Notes: generated by a model from the sequence alone, not told the origin. A DNA stretch of 64,000 nt from Selaginella moellendorffii (GCF_000143415.4 NW_003314294.1:546692-610691), one strand, 5' to 3'. Positions 23,100 through 34,352 are shown, counted from the first letter of the stretch. A program made the numbers and translations.

Positions 23100-24140
23100 A
23101 ACGACCATCGTCTTTAGCTAGAAGTAGCAGCAGTGGCAAATAGAGCGTAGGCTTGATCTTCTTCACGCACTCAAGGACGCTGAACCAGGCTTTGTCGCTC
23201 ATCTGTGACGAAGAGGCACACAAGATGAGCATCAGCCATTTGCGACCATCTGAGGTATTCGATTGAAGTCCCCGGCCTGTGGAGCCTTGATGAGCATCAT
23301 GTAGAAGGCTGCCTTTGGAAACACGGCCAAGTTCTTGAGCTTGTCACAATGGCCCCGACCTCCACCACCATACCTTTGGTCGCGAAGACGTTCATCAAGA
23401 TCCCGTAAGTCATATGATCTGGCCCATCTCCTCGATTAAGCTCTCTTCCCTCTGGATGTTGCCACTCTCTACACACACGTTGGGCAACGTGTTGTAGATG
23501 CCGTTTCTTCCGCTTGATGGTGTTGTAGGGCCTGGTGTACATGTCGATGAGGATGCTAAGAGTTATCTCCGACGGCTCCAAGCCATAGCTTGCCAGCTTG
23601 TCAACATCCCTTGGGCGAGCATGACTTTCCCTACTCATCCTAGAGTTCCAATCAAAATGTTAAAGAGAACTTGATCTCGCACTTGCTCCATGTCTCCGAA
23701 GAGCCGCAAGATCACCTGTTAGTCCCCAACTCTCGAGTAGATGTTTGTGATCACACCAAGTTCAAGACGAGGGAATTGCCCACCTGGATCTGGACTCGAT
23801 GGTCACACCAAGTCGGGCTTCGAGTTGTTCTTCCGCATTATCTGCTAGAGGTCCATGGTCTCTGCCATTCTTCCAACCTTCCCGTAGAGATCGATCATGG
23901 CACTGTATGTAACTCTGTCAAAAGAAACCCCAGTGTCACAAAGCCGGTGGAACCAGGCCATGGCATCCTCAGCTCAACCACAACACTTGGAACAGCTTGG
24001 TTGTCCAGCATGATCTTTTCCTCGAGCATATCCTTGAAAAGTTCTTCCAACAAACTCCACTGTTCTCCGATCGCATAGTAGCTTGAGCATCATGTTGTAT
24101 GCAAAGACAGTGATCTCAAAAATCTCTATGATCTCTAATA
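23100..24140 (-). pseudogene. P-class PPR gene relic
   Basis: VFAYNMMLKLL, GLEPSEITLSILIDMY, PDHMTYGILMNVFA, FPKAAFYMMLIKA; frameshifts. Confidence 0.75.
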
Positions 24141-24432
24141 ATCTCATCTAGCCCCTATTAAACCCTTGTTTTTAATAAAGAACTTTACCACTGTGTTGTC
24201 CACACTTTGTCTTTTATCTCTGTAGCAAAATAAATTAGTCCACCAAATCTTCTCCTCCTTTCTAACTCTCAATTAAAAATGTTATTTTACATTAGTGGAA
24301 AATGTCAAACATGAACATGATAGCTCTGTCCAAAACTACCACTATTAACTACGCACTCGGAGGGAAACATAAAATCTATTCTAGTACTTTCGACAGTTAA
24401 CAGTGTAAATTTTTGACCTATGGCTATTACAA

Positions 24433-25857
24433 ATGGACAGCGATCTATGCTTGCAATTGCGAGCCGCTTTGCTGCGCCGTCAAATCCCCCTCGAGCCAGT
24501 CCAGGCTCAAATCTCTTCCCAGCAGCATCACTCCATCTTTGATCGCTCGCGGCTCGACTATCTCACCAGAATTCTGGAAGAAAACGATGAGGAGCTCCTC
24601 CTCCAGCTGCCACAACAACAGCAAACCTCTTACCAGGTACTGCTCCGCGAGCTCACGGAATGCCTCTCCCCCAATAGCAGTTCCTCGTCCATGGACACCG
24701 CCTCTCCTCCTCATTCTCCCTCGCGCACCTCCACCGTCTCCTTCCACAGCTTGCTCATGGACTGCGCCCAAGCCGTGGCTGCCAAGAATTCCACCGACGT
24801 CCATGAGCTCGTGAGAGAGATCAGAACTTTAGCCTCACCTCAGTCGCGTCCGGTGGAGAAGGCCGCGCTCTACTTCACCAACGCGCTCGTCGCGAGGCTG
24901 GCCGGGTGTGGAGCTCGGATGTACGCCGCGATGCACCAGGACGTGACGAGGATGCAGAGTATCTCCATCCGGATGAATCTTCCCAGCCTCCGGGCCACGG
25001 AGCGCTTCGCCAACCAGATGATCCTCGATGCCTGCCGTGGTGCCAAGCGTGTCCACATCGTCGACTATGGGATCCTCTACGGCGACCAGTGGCCGTCGCT
25101 CATCAAGGCGCTGTCCGAGAGAGCCGAGGGGCCGCCACTGTTCAAGATCACAGGCATTGACTTCCCGTCCCTTGTCAGCCTCGAGAAAACTGGAAACCGG
25201 CTGGTTGACTACGCAAAGTCGTGTGGGATGCACCTCGAGTTCCACTCCATCGCCACCGCGGCGTGGGAGTCAGCGCAGCCGAGATACCATCTCTTCAGCG
25301 AGCTTCTCTTCGTCAACTGCCAGCTGAGGATGCGGCACATCCGCGAGGACGGGAACATCGACAGCCCCCGGAAGCTCTTCTTCGAGAAGATCCTCAGCTT
25401 CAAGCCTGTTATGTTTTTCCAGTCCGTGGTGCACGCTGAGATGGGCTCTCCATTTTTCATCCACCGCTTCGACGGGGCCTGGAGGAGCTTTCTGGCGAGG
25501 CTGGAGTCGTTCGAGGAGACGATGAAGCTTGGGTTGATCGACCAGTCGCAGCTCGACTTCATGGATAAGTTCATCGAGAAGTGCGCCATGGGAGCCATTG
25601 CCTGTGACGGGCAGGACCGTGTGGAGCGCATCTCCTCGTACAAAACCTGGGATCGCCTGGCTCGGAAAGGCCAGTTCGGACAGCTTCCAGTCAGCAAACG
25701 AGCGCTCGAGATGGTCATGTCCGTTTGGAGCGGACACGAGAACTTCACGTACGGAATGGACGAGAACTGGCTGCTGCTTGGCTGGAAAGACGTAGTCTTG
25801 AATGCTTTGAGCGTCTGGGAGCCCATTGAGAAGCTACCGCGCTTCAAACACCAGTGA
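24433..25857 (+). CDS. GRAS transcription regulator, LISCL-like (GRAS-A copy 3), 474 aa
   Basis: Intact ORF with all GRAS motifs. Confidence 0.95.
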   Translation: MDSDLCLQLRAALLRRQIPLEPVQAQISSQQHHSIFDRSRLDYLTRILEENDEELLLQLPQQQQTSYQVLLRELTECLSPNSSSSSMDTASPPHSPSRTSTVSFHSLLMDCAQAVAAKNSTDVHELVREIRTLASPQSRPVEKAALYFTNALVARLAGCGARMYAAMHQDVTRMQSISIRMNLPSLRATERFANQMILDACRGAKRVHIVDYGILYGDQWPSLIKALSERAEGPPLFKITGIDFPSLVSLEKTGNRLVDYAKSCGMHLEFHSIATAAWESAQPRYHLFSELLFVNCQLRMRHIREDGNIDSPRKLFFEKILSFKPVMFFQSVVHAEMGSPFFIHRFDGAWRSFLARLESFEETMKLGLIDQSQLDFMDKFIEKCAMGAIACDGQDRVERISSYKTWDRLARKGQFGQLPVSKRALEMVMSVWSGHENFTYGMDENWLLLGWKDVVLNALSVWEPIEKLPRFKHQ

Positions 25858-25982
25858 TCCACCCTGTACCTACATTCTTTCTGTAAATTCTTTGTTCCTG
25901 ATCGTGTAAGGAGACGATTTGAATGTCTTCAAAGAACACTCAAGAGGAACTTACCTTGTCACGGAAGTTCTCAAGTCCATCG

Positions 25983-27389
25983 CTATAGAACCTGAAACAT
26001 ACCAGCCACTTGTAGGACACGCTTTGGTCGCCAAGCACTCATCGCGTAGAGCACTGTGTCCTTCCACCCCAGCAACATCCAGTTTCCATCTCTTGCGAAG
26101 CCGAAGTCCGGGTTCCTGAATTTTCCACAAGCGCTCCTCACTTTATCGTAAATCTCCTCCGCCACTGCCACCCCTTCGAAGCCTGCTCGCTTTGCCCGAG
26201 CATCCCAGACGCGATACGAGGCCGCTCTCTCCACTCGATCGAGCCCTTCGCACGCGACGATGTTCATGATATCTCTTGCGGCCACCTTTTGGATAAATCC
26301 GTGCTCTTCCGGCTTTCCTTCTGCCACCGCTTCAAAGTACTCCATCTTCTGCTTGTAAAACTCGAGGGCGTTCTTGAACCGCTGCAAGAACAAGGGCGAG
26401 CTCATATCGGCACTGATCTCGGCTTGCAAGAACAAGTCCGGCCTGAGCCCGCAAATCTTCCCGAGGAAAACTTCTCTGGGATTGTCCACCGCAACCGTGC
26501 CATGATCTCGCAAGTGGCGCAGCCGGAGCACGCTATTCACCACCAGCACCTCGTTCTTACACCGGATAATCCTCTCCTTTTCCCAGTTCTCGCTCGCCAC
26601 TGCCATGAACTCGAACGGAACTCCACACGATCCCGCAAACTCGACCAGCTTCCTCCCAGTCTCGGCCAAGTTGACGACGTGAGGACAATCCACCCCGGTG
26701 ATCTTGAGCTCGGGAGGACCGCCGCTACGCTGGGACAAAGCCTTGATCAGATACGGCCACTGGAAACCATACTGGATGCCATAGTCGACGATATGGACGC
26801 GACGAGCTCCTCTAGCCAGCTCCAGTATGTGCTCGTTGGCGAATCTTTGCGAGAGCTTCAAGCACGGGAGATTCAAGAGCCTCACGGACAAGTACTGGCG
26901 GCGAGTGACCTCCTTTGCCATGGCGGCGTACACCTGAGCCCCAAAGCCCTCCAATCGGGCAGTCAGTGCGTCGACGAAGAATGAGATCGTCCGATACAAG
27001 CATCCCCCCGACGATCGCCACAGCGCGCCCTTGATGTCACTGACCAGCGCGAAAGCCCGTGAGGAATCCCCCGCCGCCACCGCCTGGGCGCAGCGGACGA
27101 GCAGATATTCCAAACCGCCATCGCTGTCGCTGTTCTTGGGAGAATCAAGAGGCCGCGGCGCAACGATCGCTGTGAGCTCGCTTAGAATCTGGCAGTACTT
27201 ACCGGACCGCGCGAGCTGATCGTGATCCTCGTCGTCGCCGTCGTCGTCCAGCAGCACGCTCGAAATGTAAGACACTGTCGGATCCATGAAACCCTTGCGC
27301 GCCTCGTCCTCCAGCGGCGGATCTTGCCGCAAGCCGTGGCGAAGCAGCGCGCACTTGAGCATCGATGAGAGATCGATCGACGCCATCAT
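25983..27389 (-). CDS. GRAS transcription regulator, LISCL-like (GRAS-B), 468 aa
   Basis: DPTVSYISSVLL, LLVRCAQAVA, VHIVDYGIQYGFQWP, PFEF, FLQRF, SAW motif. Confidence 0.95.
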   Translation of the reverse strand: MMASIDLSSMLKCALLRHGLRQDPPLEDEARKGFMDPTVSYISSVLLDDDGDDEDHDQLARSGKYCQILSELTAIVAPRPLDSPKNSDSDGGLEYLLVRCAQAVAAGDSSRAFALVSDIKGALWRSSGGCLYRTISFFVDALTARLEGFGAQVYAAMAKEVTRRQYLSVRLLNLPCLKLSQRFANEHILELARGARRVHIVDYGIQYGFQWPYLIKALSQRSGGPPELKITGVDCPHVVNLAETGRKLVEFAGSCGVPFEFMAVASENWEKERIIRCKNEVLVVNSVLRLRHLRDHGTVAVDNPREVFLGKICGLRPDLFLQAEISADMSSPLFLQRFKNALEFYKQKMEYFEAVAEGKPEEHGFIQKVAARDIMNIVACEGLDRVERAASYRVWDARAKRAGFEGVAVAEEIYDKVRSACGKFRNPDFGFARDGNWMLLGWKDTVLYAMSAWRPKRVLQVAGMFQVL

Positions 27390-27449
27390 CCTGGACTCGC
27401 GGAACTTTGAATTTTAGGGTTCTTGGAGAGAGAGTGTTCAAATGGAAGA

Positions 27450-28644
27450 CTACCGATTAAACGCCGTGCAGTCTCTCCTCACATCGCCATCGCTCCCAAC
27501 CTTCACTCCAACGCTCGACAGCCTTTGCATCGCGGCGCCAAATTCCTGGTAGAACTTTTGCTCGTCTCTCGCGAATTCCCTGATCATCTCCCTCGTCTTG
27601 CGCTTGGCGAGGAGCGTCTCGTCCGAGATGAGCAGCGCGTTTCCAGCGACGAGGGTCTTGTAGTAGGAGTTGTCGAAGGCGAATGGAGTGGAGGGATCGA
27701 AGGGCAGCACCAAGCCTGGATCATCGCCACGCTCGGGACAGGCGGCCTTGAGGCTCGACGCGAAAACCGGAGGGAGTCTCGGATCCATTGCGCGATCGCG
27801 GCTAAAGTTGTAGAGCCTCTTGTGGAATTGCTTGCAGTGAGCGAATCCAAAAGTGTGAGCACCTAGGGAGGAATCCATGAAACTTTTCGAGCTTTTAGAT
27901 GAAAAGCTTTGAGAGCTTACCACTCAGTACCACGAGATCTTCCATGTCCAGTCCTTTGCTCTTGAAGTTGCGTAAAAGTTGATGGAGATTCAAGGTGGAG
28001 CCTGGAAGGTTGTCCTGGACCCTCGCGGCCTCGGAGATAAATCCATCTTTTCTTCCCTTGAGAACAGGATACGAAGGCCCACCAGTCTGTCAATCAAAAA
28101 GACCTTTTGATCAACCTGGAAGCTAGAATTGCATGAGAACTATTGAAACTTATCTTACCAGCTCTATGAAGTTTCTCGCTATGATCACCAAGATGTCAGC
28201 ACAAGACACCACTCCCGGGCACTCGGCTTCCACCGCCGCCTTTGCTCGAACCACGGCATCAAAACCATCACCAGCCAAGTCCCTGTTAACTTCCGCGTCT
28301 CTTTCAGCCAAGTTGTCCGGAGTAGAAGTTATCATGATCGAGGCATCGCATCCCTGCACCATGCAAACAAGATCATCACAAGATCGAAAAAAACACAAGC
28401 AGAGAAACGAGAAAATCGGACTTACCTCAATGAAGCAGTCGTGGAACAAGAGCCTCACAACAGCCGCAGGAGTCGTGGGTGCTTCGGCCAGCTTAAGTTT
28501 AGCAGAGGTTGCGAGGATCTCTTCCAAATTTGGACAAGTCTCGGAGTAATAGCCGAGCTCGAGTTTATCTGCTGCTGCACTAAAAACCGCCAACGAAGCC
28601 TTCAACAAGGAAACCATTACCAAAATCTCACGCACTGGCGCCAT
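27450..28644 (-). CDS. Class III secretory peroxidase, 4 exons
   Basis: Signal peptide; YYSETCP, RLLFHDCFIEGCDASI, CPGVVSCADIL, LSGAHTFG, FDNSYYK, VRRDC. Confidence 0.95.
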
Positions 28645-29127
28645 AGCGCAGCGCAGCTCGTGAGCAAACCTTGGACGAGCTGGGCCTTTTGCGCACCATT
28701 TCTAAACGAAATAAAAATAAACAGGCTCGTTAGCTGGAGCTAGCCCAAACCAAAGGAGAAAAATCACTATACTATACTTAGAAGCGAACCAGTTTTGAGT
28801 GGACTAAAATGACGATGCATTCTTCCAGAATATACAGTTTCATTTCTGTTGGAGAAGAACGGAAAAAAAAAAGAAAAAAGAGAAAGGTAAACAAAAAAAA
28901 ACAAAAACGGAGGATCAGGAGGATCGAGAAATAAGAACCAACAAACATTAAGGGAACAAAGCTTAAAAAAAAGTATGGAAACTGAAGAACCTTCTTGTCG
29001 TAGAGAGTGCCTCACTGAAAGAATTTGACTCCTACTGTTTTTCTTTCTTTCACTGACGAAGAACTGATGTCCTGTACCGGTTCGGGAAATACTGCTCTTG
29101 CCTGTTTCGATCGACCATCTTCCGCTT

Positions 29128-30212
29128 CTACACCCGGGCCCTCTTGCTGCAAGACGGGCATTTGTACTGCTTGATGTGTTCCGCTCTGGCCGGTGTAACC
29201 TTGACACAGCTCCCATGAAACCACTTTTGGCACGTATCGCATCCTATCCAGAACTCCTTCTTGTCCGCGTTGTAGGGGCCATTGCAGGTCCCGCAGAAGG
29301 TGTCACCGTGCTCCTCCTCGTCTTCGTCGTAAGGAGAGTCTTCGTCCTCCTCGTCGCTCGATGGGGGCTTCTTCTGCGGACGCAGTGACACCATTAGCAA
29401 GCACGCAGAGAACCAAGTTCGCCTTACAGATTTCGCACTAGAAGCCCTTTTGGAGCTGCTGTTGCCGTTTGTTTTCTCCTGCGCTTGCTTCTTCCCGGTG
29501 ACCGTATCGTAGATGGTTGGAAGCGAGTTCATCAAGCTAAACAAGCGCTTCCTGTGTGCCACACGCGAAAAAGAGAAAGAACAAAAGAGAACACACATCA
29601 GGGAATGGGAAAGATAAAAGAAAATAGGAGAGTCACCTGTCTGCCCTGTCAAAATGGGCACCATAGAAAAAAGCCACTGCAATTAACCACGCGTCGCTGT
29701 GGACTGCTACTAGCGACAGCCATGCCTTGCGCTCCATCCCATCTCTCGCAAAGTTGATGCCGAGCGCCGGCTCCGGGAGCTCCGGAGGAACTTCTTCCGC
29801 TGGGAAATTCACCTCCCAGCTCTCGTCGGGAAATCCATACAGGCACAGGTTTTCCTTGTCTGCACACACAAAAAACACCCACGCACGAACGGCGGCAGGC
29901 AGAGTTTAATCACTCTATCCGAGAGAAAAAAAGAGAAAAAAATTCAAGGCCCTGAGAACTAAATGAGCGCACCTGGATCGCATTCATTGCAGAATTGCTC
30001 CACATCTGGGCAGCCCAAAACAAACGCAAGGCAAGAGAAAAATCTCTCATCAGTACCGGTCGGGCAAAAAAAGAGTGGGAGAATTCCACGATTGAGTGGA
30101 ATTGGAGGAGCTCACCTTCTGTCAGCGCTTTCACCATTCCAGCTCTCCGCTTCTTGAAATCGGTGAAAATCTCCTCCACAGTGCGTGGGTTGTATGGAGC
30201 AGCATTTTCCAT
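29128..30212 (-). CDS. Alfin-like PHD-finger protein, 5 exons
   Basis: [94 protein letters not shown]. Confidence 0.95.
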
Positions 30213-30834
30213 GGCGGAATTCGTCCAAGAGCGAGCCCAAGAATCGCGCAGCGCAGCTCCTACACCCAAACCCTAGTCACTAAAACCCTGGCAGCCGCGG
30301 CCAAGAAGGAGCGCGCATCGCCGCCGAGGAAAAGGCCAATCCGTGGAGAGCGCCGAGAGGGATTTACCGTGGGGCGGGAGCTGAGAGAGAGGCGGCGGTG
30401 GAGCGGCCGCGGCGCAGCAACACAGATCTCGCGCACCCAACGCCCAACCAGCGACGAACCAAACCCTAGCGAGACAAAAGAAACCAACAAGATCCCTCTT
30501 TGACTGTTAGCATATGCTGATTCTGTTAAGTGCGGAGGCGAATATTCGTCACGGTAGAAAAAAGTATGAAGCCGTTGACGTCCCCGAGAAAGAAAAAAGA
30601 AAACCATGGAACTGAATGTTCTCAAACTTTTTTTCCTTTTCTTCGATCATAGCGTTATCACTGTTGTCGATTACAAACCAAAACAACTTTAGCTTCTCTC
30701 ATCTATAGGACGATCACGAAATGTAGCTACAAAGAAAGGAAAAAGGATAGAACAGAACAGAGCTTGGATCGATGGGGGTGGATCGATGATCGCTCGCTGT
30801 GAAAAGAAAGAGAAACCCAAGAGAAATCGATCGA

Positions 30835-31779
30835 TCACGCGCTGGCCCGGGAGACGAGGAGCTCGCTGATGTCCCAGAGCTTCTTCCCGAGCTGTGGATC
30901 CAGCGCCTTCTTGGACGGCTTCGCCTCCTGGCAATCCGCGAGGTAGCGGCCGCTCACATCCGCCATGTCGGGGTGGATGGCCGCGTAGATCGTCGTCGCC
31001 GCGCCCTGCTCCACGCTCTTCCATTTGCCCGCGTATATGATCTTGACGAAGAGCTTCATCGCCGCCGAGTGGCGCCACAGCGGCGTCCCGATCAGCCCCG
31101 GGTGGACCGCGTTGGCCGTGATGTTGATCTTCTCCCGCTGGAACATCGCTGTCAGGGAGTTCGCGTGGAGGATGTTGGCCAGCTTCGATTGCCCATACGC
31201 CTTCTTGGAATCGTAGCTCCCGCGATCGTTGATAGCGTCGAGATCGCGGATCCCTTCCTTGTAGCCCACCGTCGCGTGCGCCACCGACGAGAGATTGACG
31301 ATCCGGCCCTGGATCCCGGATTTCGCCGCCGTCTCCTTCATCGTGTCGAGCAGGAGATTCGTGAGCAAGAAATGGCCCAGGTGATTCGTCGCGAACTGCG
31401 ATTCCACGCCGTCGGCCGTGAGGCTGAAGGGGCAGAACATCAAACCCGCGTTGTTGATGAGGAGATTGAGCGGCAGGCCGGATTTCTTGAAATCCTCGAC
31501 GAAGCCCCGGACGCTGGCCAGCGACGCCAAATCCAGCTCCATACACTGCACCGACGCCCCCGGCAGCTCCTTCTCCATCGCCGCGCGGGCTCTCTCCGCG
31601 GCTTCCTTGTTCCTGGCCGCGATCACAACCCTGGCTCCCTGCTTCGCAAGAATGCGCACCACTTCCGCGCCAATGCCACTCGCCCCTCCCGTGACGATTG
31701 CCGTGAGATTCTTGGCGTCAATCCCCTGCGCCACTTCCTCAGCGGTGGAGTGCGCGCCATAGCCTGATCGCTTCCCCAT
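30835..31779 (-). CDS. Short-chain dehydrogenase/reductase (TIC32-like), intronless
   Basis: TGGASGIG, NNAG, FATNHLGHF, YGQSK catalytic YxxxK, VHPG. Confidence 0.93.
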   Translation of the reverse strand: MGKRSGYGAHSTAEEVAQGIDAKNLTAIVTGGASGIGAEVVRILAKQGARVVIAARNKEAAERARAAMEKELPGASVQCMELDLASLASVRGFVEDFKKSGLPLNLLINNAGLMFCPFSLTADGVESQFATNHLGHFLLTNLLLDTMKETAAKSGIQGRIVNLSSVAHATVGYKEGIRDLDAINDRGSYDSKKAYGQSKLANILHANSLTAMFQREKINITANAVHPGLIGTPLWRHSAAMKLFVKIIYAGKWKSVEQGAATTIYAAIHPDMADVSGRYLADCQEAKPSKKALDPQLGKKLWDISELLVSRASA

Positions 31780-31963
31780 TCTTTCTTTCTCCCTCGTATA
31801 AAAGACACTTTCCTATAAACCCTAAACGCGCGCGATCCAATGGCCTAGATCTAGATATATCCAACGGCCGGAACCGACTAATCCGATCCAACGGCCGATA
31901 ATATCGATCGCACGGCCCCAGCACGTCTTGCGTGGAAGACCTTTAACCGCGTTGGCATTTAAA
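31780..31963. promoter_or_regulatory. Compact bidirectional promoter between SDR and PPR
   Basis: 184 bp between divergent ATGs; TATAAA, telo-box AAACCCTAA (~31817), three ATCCAAYGGCC repeats. Confidence 0.55.
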
Positions 31964-33616
31964 ATGCTCCAGGCGCTCGCCAAGAGCCCTAGATTCGATT
32001 CTTCCTCGTCGCGGCTGCGCGATCTCGTCAATCTCATCGACGCGGGATCCATCCGCCCCGACGCGGCGGATTTCCGTCGCCTCATCGCGGATTGTACAGA
32101 TCTTCGCCTCCTCCACGAAGCAAGATGCATCCACAGCTTGGTCCACCGCCACGGCCTCGCCGGCGATCGATTGATCGGCAACTACCTCGTCAAGATGTTC
32201 GTGCGCTGCGGCGACATCGACAGGGCGCGCGAGGTCTTCGATCGGGTAAGCGCCAGGGACGTGATCCTCTGGACGGAGATGATCGCCGCATATGGCGAGA
32301 GGGGATATTTCCAGGAGTCGCTGGAGCTCTGGAAGATCATGAGGCTCGAGGGAGCCATGCCGGATCTCATCGCATTCGTCACAGCGCTCAAATCTTGCTG
32401 CTGCCCGGCGAGCCTCGGGGATGGGGCGCTCATCCACTGGATGATTCTCGAGAGCGGCCTGGGATCCAACGTGATCGTGGAGACGGCATTGGTGAATATG
32501 TACGCTAGATGCGGCAGGATCGAGCAGGCAACCGCGATGTTCTTCGGGATTTCTCACAGGGACATTGTCGCGTGGAACGCGATCATAGCGGTAAATGCCG
32601 AGAGAGGGCATTTTGGCCAGGCCATGCATCTCTTCCATTCGCTGCTGCTCGAGGGCGAGAGATCGCCCAACAAGAGCACCTATGTGGCGGTTCTCTCGGC
32701 TTGCAGAGATCTCCACGACCTCAAGCTCCTCCACTCGTGCTCAATCCACAGTGGCCTGGAGCTCCACGTAGAGGTCGCCACGGCACTCGTGCACGCGTAT
32801 GCTCAGCTCGGGCACCTCTCCATCTCTCGCTCGATCTTCGACCGGTTGCTCTGCCAAGATCGAGACATCGTCCTCTGGAACGCGATGATCGAAGCCTATG
32901 CCCAAGAGGGCGATCGCGAATCCATCGCCCTGTTCCGGCAAATGCAGCTCCTCGGCTGCCACCCAGACCGAGCGACGTTCCTGAGCTTGCTCTCGGCGTG
33001 CTCGGCTATGGTGGACCTGGAAGAAGGAAAGAGACTACACTCGCGGATCGGGAGCTGCCTCGAGGACTTCCAGATCCAAAATTCGCTGCTTGCGATGTAC
33101 GCCAGGTGTGGGAGGCTCGAGCTCGCGCAGCTCCTCTTCGATGGAATGCCCGAGAGGTCGGTCTTCTCCTGGAACTCCATGGTCGCCGCGTATGCTCAGC
33201 ACGGGCATCTCGACCAAGTCTTCCAGAGCCTGAAGAGGATGCAAAACGAAGGCGTCAAGCCCGACAGCGTGACGTTCGTGAGCGTCCTCAGTGCTTGCAG
33301 TGGAGCCGGACTGCTGGTAGAGGGCCGGAGCCACTTCGAGTTTGTGAAGCGTCACATTCGCGAGTGGCCGAGCACCGAGCACTACGGCTGCATGATCGAT
33401 CTCCTTGGTCGCCTGGGAAGATTGGAGGAGGCCGAAAGACTAGTTTTGGAGGTCCCGGACAAAGCAGCGGACGCGGTGCTGTGGAGAACACTGCTCGCTG
33501 CTTCCCGGACTTACGGAGATTTGGAGCGAGGGAGACGAGCGGCGGAGAGAGTGGTGGATTTAGATCCGGACGACTCTGCTGCTTACGTCGTGCTCTACAA
33601 CACAGTTGCCACTTAG
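31964..33616 (+). CDS. PLS-class PPR protein with truncated E domain (organellar RNA editing factor type)
   Basis: Repeated P/L/S motifs (RDVILWTEMIAAY, ETALVNMYARCG, FVSVLSACS), EHYGCMIDLLGRLG, ends YVVLYNTVAT; no DYW domain. Confidence 0.92.
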   Translation: MLQALAKSPRFDSSSSRLRDLVNLIDAGSIRPDAADFRRLIADCTDLRLLHEARCIHSLVHRHGLAGDRLIGNYLVKMFVRCGDIDRAREVFDRVSARDVILWTEMIAAYGERGYFQESLELWKIMRLEGAMPDLIAFVTALKSCCCPASLGDGALIHWMILESGLGSNVIVETALVNMYARCGRIEQATAMFFGISHRDIVAWNAIIAVNAERGHFGQAMHLFHSLLLEGERSPNKSTYVAVLSACRDLHDLKLLHSCSIHSGLELHVEVATALVHAYAQLGHLSISRSIFDRLLCQDRDIVLWNAMIEAYAQEGDRESIALFRQMQLLGCHPDRATFLSLLSACSAMVDLEEGKRLHSRIGSCLEDFQIQNSLLAMYARCGRLELAQLLFDGMPERSVFSWNSMVAAYAQHGHLDQVFQSLKRMQNEGVKPDSVTFVSVLSACSGAGLLVEGRSHFEFVKRHIREWPSTEHYGCMIDLLGRLGRLEEAERLVLEVPDKAADAVLWRTLLAASRTYGDLERGRRAAERVVDLDPDDSAAYVVLYNTVAT

Positions 33617-33829
33617 AACAAAGCACGGAGAAGAAAAGACCGATGCAAAGAGACCTCAGGAACTTGGATGATAAGTTACGTGGATAGTTTCCTGGCTGCC
33701 AGAGCAACGAGGCCTTTGAAACACTACTAAGAAAAACAAACTACGCGCTTCATGGCTGGATTTTCCTGAGAAGATCGAAAGGTTCTGAGGAGAAAACGAA
33801 GGAAAACAAGCGCTACCTCTTTTGTGAGC

Positions 33830-34352
33830 TTAGAAAGATGGCTTCCGGATCGGTCTCGAGGGAGGAAGTAAACCACGGCGAGCTTGACGCTTGAGGTAGT
33901 GACGCCGCGCAGCAATCATCTCCTTGTGCGTTGGTCCCTGTAAAAAAAACGAAGGAAGTTCATGCTAGAAACTTTGCATCATTCTTTTTTACTTTTGGAA
34001 GGTCATAGAAATCGTCCGTCGTTGGAGAAGTTCCATCTTCCTGGAAAGAAAAAAAAAAAACAATCAGAGAGCTTGAATCACTAAGATCTCAAAAATGTAC
34101 CTTGTTCTCCCCCTCTGGAGCTCCCTCTTCCTGGGAAAGAAAACGAGCGATCAATCTACAAGCCGAGGAAGCATCGCATACCTTTGGCGGCGGGAGATGG
34201 GGTCCAATCGCGGGGAAGAAAGAGTACCCTCGAGCACAAATCACGAATCCACCATCGCTAGCGCGCGGCACTGCGTGCGAAGCGCTGCCACGGGACGCAT
34301 TGGCGTGCAGCGCTTGCAGCGCCTTGCCCGAGCTCCTTACCGCTCGAAACAT
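33830..34352 (-). CDS. Small 4-exon protein (~118 aa) with a mitochondrial-type presequence and basic C-terminus
   Basis: Exons 34352-34182, 34130-34101, 34040-33993 and 33937-33830 splice in frame via GT-AG; N-terminus is R/S/A-rich; ends ARRHYLKRQARRGLLPPSRPIRKPSF. Confidence 0.7.

Larger units (their letters stand above)
3230..26343. repeat. Complex tandem/inverted segmental duplication cluster (phosphatase, GRAS-A/B, PPR relic, ABC1 modules)
   Basis: Repeated blocks with shared junctions at ~3.2-9.2, 14-19.6 and 19.1-26.3 kb. Confidence 0.9.

Noticed and set aside
30689-33707. 322-, 285-, 263- and 392-aa ORFs overlapping the SDR and PPR genes
   Set aside because: High-GC codon-bias artefacts with no recognisable motifs.
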